Below are positions 25,701 to 36,659 of a DNA stretch of 64,000 bases, in pieces. Every line of letters starts with the position of its first letter. Within the stretch, counting starts at the first letter, position 1. The notes beneath the pieces were generated by a model. It saw nothing but the letters and a program-made list of their open reading frames with translations, searched no databases and had not been told where the DNA came from. Made by a program: the position numbers and the translations under genes. Source of the DNA: Chiloscyllium plagiosum (lineage: Eukaryota); the NCBI RefSeq assembly GCF_004010195.1, contig NC_057755.1, forward strand, positions 1,663,306 through 1,727,305, read 5' to 3'.

Positions 25701-28700
25701 GACACTGCTGTCAGGCACAATAGTGAATCTGCACAGCTACTGCCTTTGTTGTTTGAGTCCATGCATTTCTGGCCATCGGAGTGCATCTGGGAAAAGATAA
25801 CAGCCAAAATCACAGCGGCCCTTGGAGGAACCTGTGTGGGAGAGTCACAGATGCAGATAAGCACGTGGTTTTTAAGTGTAACCTTGGTGTCATTTTTGTG
25901 TAAACATACAAAATTGAGTAGAGTGAGTTATGTTTGGTTATTTGTTTTACTGGGGTCCATCTCTTGATTAAAATGTAAAAATACAATGCATTGTCAATAC
26001 GTTAGCCTGGAGAAATGCCTTTTTTGTCTGTAAGACTGTGGTATTTTCTCGGCCTGTAGTTTATTAAGGTGCAACGTTGGTCTTTAGTGGAGTGGCGTAC
26101 TCTTCCTGTCAGATGTGGGAGATTAGGGAGAGCTTCCATTTACTGATGATTATGTCTACAGAAAGTGTATTTGGTTGTGAATCCTATCAAATTAAATGAA
26201 TCAGTTGGAGTAGCAGATAGAGGCAAAGAGGAATTTACAGGTGATACGGGGTGTGTTGGATCGCAACTATAGGAAAAGGGGAAAGCCACAGACATAATCA
26301 GGTAGATTGGTTACCTCCAGAAAAGGTAGGACGGGGCGTTGGATAGTGCAGCAGTCACTGGTGGCTATCCCCATCTTAAATAAGATAGTGAGGAAAGAGA
26401 TCATTCTGAGACTGGTACATTTGCGAAAAGCAAGAGGTCAACCAGTGAAGGCACGTAGGAACGAAGAAGAGAACATGGTAGGGCTGATAAATTAAACTGA
26501 GTTTATTGCAATACAAGAGGACCGACAGGGAAGGCAGATGAATTTAGGGAATGATTAAGAAAATTGGTTTGGGAGATCATAGTAATTATAGAGACGCGGC
26601 TCAGGGGTGGGCACGACTAGCAGCTTAATCTTCTAGAAGACAAAGGCTGTAGGAAGGAAAGAAAGAGAAGTAAGAGATGAGGGGAATTTGTGTTTTTGAT
26701 AATGTATACCATTACTGATGTAATTAGGAAGATATTTCTGGGATTATGTCCAGCGAATTTATTAGGGTGATCAACTTGTTGGGATTGTATTATAGACCCC
26801 CGAATAGTCAGCGGGAATTCGAGAAAAAAAATCGTAATTTGATATCAGTTATCTGTAAGAATAATAAGGTGGTAGGGAATTTTAACTTTTCAAAATGGAC
26901 TCGGACTGCCGCAGTGTTAAGGGTTTTGATGAAGAGGAATGTGTTAAGTGTGTACAAGAAAATGTTCTGAGTCAGTATATGGATGTATGTACTAGTGAAA
27001 GCTCAAACCTTGACCTACTGTATGGAAGTAAGGCAGGTCAGGTGACTGAGGGGTCAGTGGGGGAGTACTTTCTGGTCAGCGACCATAATTGTACTAGTTT
27101 AAAAATAGGTAAATTTTGACGGTAACAGGAAAGAACGTTCAAAGTTGACTGAGGGGAAATGTTCAAGGACTGTTGGATACTGGGAAGTCTTCAAACATGA
27201 GATACCTAGAGTCCAGAGATAATATGTTCTGTTCGAGTGAAAGGCAAGGCTAGTCTGTGTCGGAATGCTGGATGACAAGGGAAATGGAGGTTTTGGTAAG
27301 AAAAACAAGGATGCATACGTAACGCTTAGCCAGCAGAGATCGAGACAATACCTAGAAGATTATACAGGCAGCTGGACTATATTGGAGAGGGAAATTGGGA
27401 GTTCAAAAAGTGGACATGAGATAGCTATGGCACAAAAAGGTTAAAGAGAACATAATGGATTACATAAATGCACTATGGACATCATTGTAACCAAGGAGAA
27501 AATAGGACTTAAATATTAAACTCGTATTTTACATCTTTGTTTACTGTAGAGTAAGACATGTTAGATACAGGAGATAGAGAATGGATGGTGACATCATTTA
27601 AACTTTTCACATTAGATAAGAAGAGGTGCTGGATATCTTAAAATCATAAGGTTGGATAAATCCCCAGGACCTGATGATTTGTCCCCTAGAAGTCTGAGGG
27701 AAGCTAGCGAAGTGATTGCCCGGGACCTTGCTGAGATTCTTGTGTCATTGAAAGGAGCAGGTGAGATGCCTGAAAACTGGAAATTGGCGAACGTGTCCCA
27801 CTATTTAGGAAAGGTGATAAGGAAAATCCATGAAAGTATCGACTGGTCAGCCTTAAGTTGCTGGTGGGCAATTTGTTAGAGTGAATCCGCAGGGACAGGA
27901 TTTACATGCAAATGGATTGGCAAGGACTAATTAGAGATTGTTAACATGGCTTTCTGCATGCGAAATCTTGTCTTAGCAACGTGATTGGGTTTTTTGAAGA
28001 AGTATCAAAGATGATAGATGAGGACAGTGGACGTGATCTATATGGACTTCAGGAAGGCGTTTGACCAGGTTCCTTATGGCAGATGAATTCACAAGGTTAA
28101 TAGCATTGAACTCAGGGAGACACAACCATTTGGATACAGAACTGGTTTGCAGGTAGAAGACAGAGTGTAGTGGCATTGGGTCGCTTTTCAGACTGGAAGC
28201 CTGTGACCAGTGGTGTGTAACTATGATGGGTGCTGAATCCACAGCTTTGCGTCATTTATATAAATGATTTGGATTGACCATTTTTAGTCAAGTTACTAAG
28301 TTTGCAGATGACACAAAAGTTAAAATTGGAACGGACAGCGTAGAAGGTAACCTTAGTGTAAAACGGAATATTGATCAGATGGGCCAATGATCCGAGGAGT
28401 GACAGATTGAGTTTAATTTAGATGAAAGTAAGATGCTGTATTTTGAAAGGCAAATCAGAGCAGGACATACACAGTAATGATAAGGTCCTGGACATTGTTG
28501 CTGAACAAGGAGACCTTGGAGTGCAGATTCATAGTTCCTTGAAAATGATGTGTCAGATAGGTAGGTTGGTGAAGACGATGTTTGGTATACTTTCTTTTAT
28601 TGGACAGAGCATTGCGTATAGGAATTGGGAGACCATGTTGTTGCTGAAACGGACATTGGTTAGGCCATGTTTGGACTATTGTGTGCGATTCTAGTCTTCC

Positions 28701-29200
28701 TCCAAGGATGATGTCAAACTTGGAAGGATTTAAAAAAGATGTTGCCAGGGTTGGAGAATTTGAAGCATAAGGAGAGGCTGAATAGGCTGGGGCTCTTTTC
28801 CCTGGAGCGTCGGAAGTTGAAGGGTGACCTTCTGGAGATTTGTGATATCATGAGGGGCATGGATTGGATAAGTAGAGAGAGCCTTTTCCTTGGGTTGGGG
28901 GAGTCCACAACTAGAGGGGCTAGGTTCACGGTGAGAGGGCATAGATTTAAAAAAAACGGAAGGGGCAACTATTTCACATAGAGTAAGGTGCATCTATGGA
29001 ATGAGTTACCAGAAGAAGTGATGGTGACTGGTGCAATTACAAAATTTAAAAGGTATCTGGATGGGTAGATAAATAGAAAGAGTTGAGAGAGATATGAGGG
29101 CAAATGAAACTGGCTTAATTTAGGATATCCGTTCGACATGACGATTATGACTCAAGTGCCCGTTTCCATGCTATACTTCTCCATGTGTCTAACCATGACC
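25410..29200 (+). mobile_element. Near full-length decayed CR1 LINE in the GPCR intron
   Basis: ORF1 zinc-finger start tcttcctgtcagatgtgggag near 26100. ORF2 remnants GLYYRPPNSQRE, SDHN, DKSPGPD and ERRKLKGDLLEI. The 5' boundary is inferred from loss of homology with the paralogous intron. Confidence 0.8.
25624..25696. repeat. (GA)n microsatellite
   Basis: Read directly. Confidence 0.9.
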
Positions 29201-30008
29201 AGTATCTAAGAACAGTCGAACAAATGTTCCAAAGTAGATAAATAACAACACTTTAAAACTCACGTCATTTTTGGAAATGACTCCCTGCCTTTTGGTTGCA
29301 ACGATAGACTTTGGTGTGCGGGGAGAATTCTGAGATGATGTTTTGGGTTCAGTGACCCATGTTCAGAAGAAGATGTTCTGATGAAGAGTGAATCCATTCA
29401 CCCTGTTTATCTCTCCACAGATGCTGCCATAACTGTTGGGTTTTGCCAGTTATTTCTGATTCTGTTTCATGTTTTCAGCATTCAAACCCATTTCATTTAT
29501 TTCAATAAAACGCTTCTCTTCTCAACCTGCCTCCCAGAATTAATTCTGAGAATCATAGAACCAGACTATACAGAAGAGGGCCTTCGGTCCATCCAGTTTG
29601 TGCTGTCAACGCGATACAAAATCTACATCTCGTCCCAGCTTCCAGCACAAGACACATAATCTCGAATATTATGACACTTCACTCGTTCATCCAGATACCC
29701 TGCCAAGCACTGAATTATCAGACACCTCCACTCTCTGGGTGAAAGCCTCTTCCTCAGATTCCCCCTAAATCTCTTCACTTTCTCCTTAAAGATATGCAAC
29801 TTACAATTGCCTGCCCAACGTTCGTAAAGCACAGGAGTGAGCAACTTCGAAATTGATCATGCCATTGGAGCTGTCATGTTCAAACTCGACATCTGAACCC
29901 TCCCACCTGCCCCAGTTATGTACTAAGATCCTCTTTTGCTATCTGTGCTGACCTGGAGAAGTTTGATCATTAATTTCCAAATTGCATTTTACTTCCTGTC
30001 TCTTTCAG

Positions 30009-30883
30009 TTAATTTCCTGGTGATTCTGGTTCTCGCCAGGGGAAAGTGTGGCCTCTCTAACTGCACAGCGCGCTGCCTGGTGGCTATGGCAACCTCGGAT
30101 CTATTGTTTATTTTCACTGACATCATACTGTGGAAACTCAAATATTTTGACATGCCAACGTGTTTCCTGGATCTCACCTCTGTGTGCCGTCCTATCTATG
30201 TCATGGCTCGTACAGCAACAGACTATTCTGTCTGGTTCACTCTCCTTTTCTCCTTTGATCGTTTTGTGGCCATTTGCTGTCTGAAAATGAAGAGAAAATG
30301 TTGGACAGAGAAAACCTTGGCTGTGGTTATGGCTGCAATTGGCATTCTCCTCTGTTCAAAAAACATTCCCTTCTATTTTCATTTTGTACCTGCGAGGATA
30401 ATTAACAATGTTCCGTGGTACTGCAGAATGAAGTCAAGTTTTTTTACTGATGCCAGGTGGCTGGGATTTCGGTGGCTTGATATGATTTTAACCCCTTTCA
30501 TCCCATTCGTGTTGATTCTGTTGATGAACACTCTGACGATCTGGTACATTTTAGCGGCCATTGGAGTACACAAGAGCTTGAGGAGTCAGAGGAAGGGAGA
30601 CAGTCACAAAGGCACAGAGATGGAGAATCGGAGGAAGTCCGTGATTTCCCTCTTCACCATATCCATTAGCTTCATACTTCTGTGGGCTGTGCACGGATCG
30701 AACGTCTTATACTTTCGCATTAAAGGAACATTTCGTTGGAACAGCGGTTATCTAAAGGATTTTACGTACTGTGCAGATATGCTGAAGGATTTAAGCTGCA
30801 GCACGAACACATTATTTTATGCAGTGACTCTACCCAAGTTCAGAGCCAAGTTCACGAATGCATTGCAACAACTTTTTACATAA
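30009..30883 (+). CDS. GPR139-like class A GPCR, coding exon 2 (rest of TM1 through TM7 and stop); spliced product 313 aa
   Basis: Polypyrimidine tract and tttcag| acceptor at 30008, open to TAA at 30883. Contains VN (TM1), RGKCGLS, MAxxDLL (TM2), Cys at the top of TM3, FSFDRFVAIC, PWYC in ECL2, PF...LMN (TM5), MENRRKS and CSTNTLFY (NPxxY-like). The first 24 residues of the ORF-track protein are intronic. Confidence 0.92.
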
Positions 30884-30960
30884 ATTCTTCATTTAACGAA
30901 TCCGCAAAATAACTGAGAGCGGTCCCCAGCGCAGTAATTGCAATGTAAGGCCAGAATTCA

Positions 30961-33550
30961 AGAACAAAGAGAACAAACAAAATTTACAGCCCAGGAACAG
31001 GCCTTTCGGCTCTTCAAGCCTGAGCTGATCCAAATATACTGTCGAAACCTGTCGGTCAATTCCTAAGTATTTGTATCCCTCTGCTCCCCACCTACTCATG
31101 CATCTGTCCACACGCATCTTAAATGAATCTACCGTGCCTGCCTCTACCACCTCTGCTGGTAATGTTTTCCAAGCGCCCACCACCCACTGAGTGAAGTACT
31201 TGCCGCATGCACCCCCCTTGAAATTTCCATCTCTCCCCTTGAAAGCATGATCTCTCGTTCTTGAATCCTTCACACTGGGAAAAAGCTTGCCTCTATCCAC
31301 CCTGTCTATACCCTCCATGATTTTGTAAACCTCAATCAGGTCCCCCCTCAATCTCATTTTTTCTTGTGAAAATAAAACTAACCTACTCAACCTCTCTTCA
31401 TAGCTAGCACCTTCCATGCCAGGCAACATCCTCGTAAAACTTCTCTGCACCCTCTCCAAATCGTTCACATCCTTTTGGTAATGTGGCGACCAAAACTGTA
31501 CACAGTATATTAAATGCAGCCGAACCAATGTCTTGTACAATTTTAACATGACTTGCCAGCTCTTATAATCAATGCCACATCCAATGAAGGCAAGCATACA
31601 CTATGCCTTCTTGACCACTCTATCCATCTGTGCAGCAACCTTCAGGGTACAATGGACCCGCTCTCCCAGATCTCTCTGCCCATCAACATTTGCCAAGGCT
31701 CTTCCGTTTATTGTATAATTCGTTCTAGAATTAGACTTGGCTAAATGCATCACCTCTCATTTGTCTGGATTGAAAGCCATCTGCCACTTTTCCGCCTAAC
31801 TCTCTAGTCTATATATATCTTCCTGTATTTTCTGACTGTCCCTTATGCTTTCTGCTACTTCACCAATCTTCGTGTCATCTTCAAACTTGCTAATCATGCC
31901 AACAGTGCCCTCTTCTAGATCATTTATGTATATTACAAACAATAATGGCACCAATACTGACCCCTGTGGAACACCACTGATCGCCTTTCTCCATTTCGAG
32001 AAACTCCCTTCAACTACTACTCTCTGTCTTCTGTTGCTCAACCAGTTCTTTATCCACCTGACTAGAACACCCTGGATGTTCTGCATTAGGCTACAATGGG
32101 GATCCTTACAATGGGGATCGAATGCCTTACTAAAGTCCATGTATATGACATCAATACACCTTCCTTCATCAAATTTAAATAGATCCTATCTCTCAGTATC
32201 TTCTCCATCAACTTTCCCACCACCGACATCAGGCTCACTGCTCTGTAGTTACCTGGAATATCCCTACAACCCTCCAGTCGTCCGGCACCTCACCTGTATA
32301 TAAGGATGTCACAAAGATTAATTTCCTCTCTCGCCTTCCTCAGCAACCTGTGATAGATCCCATCCGGTCCTGGGGATTTGTTCATTTAATAATCTCTATC
32401 CTACTCAACACCTTCCCTTCTTATGCCAACTTGATTCAGACTAATCAAACATCTTTCTATAATCTCAAGATTCATCATGTTCCTTTCCTCAGTGAACACT
32501 GATGCAAAGTAATCATTCAGAATCTCACCCATTCTCTCAGGTTTGGCACACAGCCTTCCTTTGTTATCTTTTAGTGGACCAATCCTTTCTCTAGTTACCC
32601 ACTTGCTTCTTATATAAGAATAACATGTTTTTGTAATTTCCTTAATTGTGCTTGCTAAAGCTATTTCCTGACGCCTTTTAGCTCACTTGGTTCCTCGTTT
32701 AAGACTTGTCCTACTCTTTCAATATTCCTCCAGGGACGGTTCTAGTCTTAGCTGCCTAGACCTTATGTACGCTTGCCTTTTCCTCTTGGCTAGTCGTACA
32801 ATTTCTCCTGTCATCCACGGTTCACGAATCTTGCCATTCCTATCCTTTGTCTTCACGGGGACATGCCTATCCCGCACTACCGTCAACCTATTTTTAAAAG
32901 CCTCCTACATTTAAAATGTCGACTTCTCTTTAAATAGCTGTGTCCAATCTACATTTCCCTGCTCCTGTCTAATTTTGATAAAATTAGCCTTGGCCCCATT
33001 TAGTACTCTGCCCTTAGGACCACTCTCTTCTTTATCTACGAGTATTCTAAAACTTAAAGAAGTGTAGTCACTGTTCCCAAAGTAATCCCACAACGGAACT
33101 TCTACCACTTGTCCTGGTTCGTTCCCCAGTACCATGTTCAATACGGCCCCTTCCCTCGTCGGACTATTGACATACTGCTCGAGAAAACTCGACTGGACGC
33201 TTCGTGCAAATTCTACTCCATCCCGACCTCTGACGCTGAGTGTATACCAGTTAATGTTAAGAAAATTAAAATCTCCCGTCACCACTACCCTATTGCCTCT
33301 CCATCTATTCATAATCTTTCACCTATTTGTTCTTCTACCTCACGCTCACTTTTGGGAGGTGTGTAATACAGCCCCAACAATGTAACTGCATCCTTCTTAT
33401 TTCTCAGCTCCACCCATAATTCCTCACTACCCAAGACCACGATAGTGTCCTCCTTTAGCACAGCCGTGATATCATCCCTGATCAGCAATGCAACGCCACC
33501 CCCTCTTTTACTTCCCTCCCTACATGTCTGAAGCGTCTATATCCTGGAAT
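30961..33550 (-). mobile_element. CR1 LINE (ORF2 EN-RT, 5'-truncated) inserted antisense about 78 nt after the GPCR stop codon
   Basis: Minus-strand remnants GDFNF, MDFSKAFD, SGVPQGSVL, FEDDTK and RLRGDLIEVYKIM; 3' terminal agaacaaa repeats at 30961. Confidence 0.92.
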
Positions 33551-33599
33551 TCCATCAGCACAATCGCATTGATTAAGTTTAACACCCTGCAGTGGATGC

Positions 33600-36500
33600 G
33601 GATGGGGTAAAACAGGATGGGTCACCATTCATCACGCTCCGGAATACGCTGCTTTTGCTGATTGATTGATGGTTGACACATTTGGAAACTTAGAGAAAAT
33701 GAGGAGCAGTAGGCCATTCATCCCTTCGAATCTGGTCCGCCTGACATTCCAGCAAATCGCGGCTCATCCAATTCTAAAGTGTAATCCACATTCCAATTTG
33801 TCCCTGACGATTAGAGCCACCTCCCAAGCTTAACAAGAAGCCATCCACCTCCACCTTAAGAAGTATCAAAAGACGTGACAAAGGGACAGCAGTTAAGGGA
33901 GCAAGGGGTAAATATCAGGGGGAGGGAAGGATGGAAAGAGGCTGGAGGTAGGATTCCAAATGATGGATCGGCTGTGAGTGATGGATTCAGCTGGAACATT
34001 GAATATTCACGGATTGTCCTGTGGATGAGTTTTAAAGACCGGCAGGAATGGTCTCTGCATTTCCCCTGCTGTGAAGGAAGGAGAGGGATAGAAACAGTTC
34101 ATCCTGCACCATGGCGATTGTCAGTATCTCTCTGTTAGCTCCCATTAAACACTTTATTACAACAAGAGAAAGTCTCCAGGTGCTTTTGATTTCCTCATCT
34201 GAATTGATTATTGTTCCATGCACAAGCATTCAGTTTTGACAGTGTTTCTTGAGTCCACCTCCTGTGTACGCTCATCACAGGGATATTTCCTTCTGCCTGT
34301 CTCTGCCTCTTTTTGCATCTCGTTGTCTCTGTCCCTCTCTTCCTCTCTCTCTCTCACTCTGTTTCGCTATGTATGTATCTCTCTTCCCCATCTCTTAGCT
34401 TCTTGCTGTCAGTCAATCCCTATCTGTGTCTCCCTCTACCTCTGTCTCTCTGTCTGTCTCACTCTCTCTGCCTCATGGTCTGTTTTCTCACATTGACCAC
34501 CTCAGACATGTGTTATCACAGTTTAACATTTGGTCAAGTGAATTGATTCAAATAATTTTTATGCATCTTCATTCACTGATTTTAGGCGAAAAGCTGACAT
34601 TGGAAAAGACAAAATGCACAGACGCAGCCAACAATAATTGACATACTATTAATTACAGTTCTGTATATGCACTGTCCCTTTCTCCCCTGCACTTTGAATG
34701 TCTATCGCTCTATCCCTGCCAAGGGAGTTTGTGTTTGTGTGCTTCACTTTCGGTCTCAGGGTCTCTGTGTGCATGTACATTTAATGCCTGTGTGGGGATG
34801 TAACTCTGTGAGTCTGCCTCCGGTTTTGTCTTTGAATATGTCCGTGTGACACATTATGAGTCCTTTTCTGCCTCCGTGTGTTGGTTTCCCTCTGTGTGTC
34901 TGTGTTGGGTAGCATTTTAATGACGACATATTGCGGTGTTTATGCGTTTGTGTGTGCTATTGGGTCTGCGTGGGAGTGTATCTGTGATGGTGAGTATACT
35001 GTACCAATGTGGAGTTGTGTCTGTGTGTGATTTGCATATGTGCATCTGTTTTATTTGTGCCTATGTATATATATATCTCTGTGTCGGAATGTTACATTCT
35101 TATTACGGTGTGGTTGTGCTTCTAGCTTCTGAGTGTATGTTTGTGGGGGTCGCGGGGGGCGGGTGTGGGTGTTACTGTCAGCATGTAACAATGGTTCTGT
35201 GTCTCTATATATGTGCGCCTCTGACCTTTTGTGCATTATTGTGGGAGTTTGGGTGTGTCTCTAACTGGCTGTGCTCCTAATTAAGCAGGTGAGTGCGTTG
35301 TTCAGACAGTGTGTGTCTGTCTGTCCATGTGTCAAGATACTTCTGTGCCCCCAGCAGGATCTCTCTGTGCTTATCTGTGGATGTGTGTCTGTCTGTTTCA
35401 GAGTGCCACTCAATCATCATTTTTAATTGTCTGTGTGGTTTAGTAACTGTGCTTAAGTGTGTTTATGAGTGTGTAAAGAGATGTTTCTGTACTTACTTGC
35501 ATGTTGATGTGCAATATCGCTCAATATGACTTCATTTCTATATGTGTTTAGGGATGTAGGTGTGATTATGTGTCTGTCTGTAAATGTTTGTCTTTATTTG
35601 TAATGACTTTTTATCGTGTGTACACAAGTGTTCTGAATCTCTGTGTTACTCTGTTCCTATATCTCAGTATGACTTTATGTTTGCGTGTGTATGTGTATGC
35701 ATTCTGTCCATACATAGGCATGTTCCTATACCTCTCAGTATGACGTTGTTTCTGTGTGTGCATGTGTTTGTGAAGTGTTTGTGTGTTAATGTGTCATTGT
35801 GTCGGTGTGGTCACATACTGCAGTCTGATTGTATTCCTCCGTGTCTGTGTGTTTATGTGAGGCTGAGGGTGTGTTTCTATGTCCCTCAGGATCTGGTTAT
35901 AGTTCCTTGTTTAGTTGATTTCCCACATTTCAATTTGACTCTGTTTCTGTATGTGTCTGAGTGTTGGGGGTCGAGGATGGGACATGTTCCTGTTTCTGCT
36001 TATCAGTATGTTCCTACGTCTCAACCTGACTGTATTTGTGTGTTTGGGTATGTTTCAGTGTCGGTGTGTATGTTTGTGCGAAAATCTGGTTATATTTCTG
36101 TTTCATCATGACTCTCCCTCTCCTGAAAATATACGAGGGAACCCTGCAGCAGGTCACGGTGCACAGATTGCTCTCAATGGAGTATTTGTGGGAACGTAGG
36201 AAAAATCCAAATATCAGTATTTCGAACTGATACTTCGGTTTAAAGATTCAATATCTAATTTACTAAACAATACAAGATAATATTGAATGAGAACCAATGT
36301 ATTCGGAAGTTCCGAGGAATCAGAGGATCTTGTGATGCTTGCCTACTGATCCCGGAAGGTGGGAGGACAGGTTAATAGAATAGTTAATATAGCACATGGG
36401 ACACAACATGTTTTGATCAGTCGTGGTGCAGATTATAAGGGCACTGAGATCTTGTTGGAGTTTTGTAGGACATGGGTGAGGATTCAGCTGAAGTACTGTA

Positions 36501-36620
36501 TACAGTTCTAGTCAACACATGAAAGGAATTTCTGTACTCTGAACACAGCAATCTTCAAAATGCTGATGAGAAGTGAAAAGGATGAAGAGTTTAATATGGG
36601 AGCAGGTCAACCAGGTGAAA
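33600..36620 (+). repeat. Tandem segmental duplicate A (3' block, CT/TG tract and terminal block)
   Basis: Colinear matches to 36660-39470, e.g. gtaggccattcatc, ggttcagctggaacatt, cctgcaccatg, gcaggtcacggtgca and gagtttaatatggga. Confidence 0.8.
34144..34149 (+). terminator. Candidate polyadenylation signal ATTAAA (AATAAA at 37203-37208 in the duplicate)
   Basis: Lies in a conserved block (taaacactttattacaacaagag) about 0.7 kb from the stop codon once the CR1 is removed. Function is inferred. Confidence 0.35.
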
Positions 36621-36659
36621 GTTGAGATAAACTCTCGAAAGTATAGATACAAACATGGT

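Noticed and set aside
29375..29480. ctgatgaagag as another hammerhead
   Set aside because: The GAAA box and helix II are deleted; it is only a decayed repeat remnant.
29936..30008. N-terminal 24 aa of the 315-aa ORF as the true start
   Set aside because: It begins at a non-ATG codon and runs through the polypyrimidine tract and acceptor. Exon 1 at 20188 gives a better, paralog-supported model.
34105..34180. Kozak-like gcaccATGg with about 23 open codons, also open in the duplicate near 37170
   Set aside because: The amino acids are poorly conserved, there is no convincing donor or downstream exon, and the overlap with a poly(A)-like motif explains the conservation more simply.
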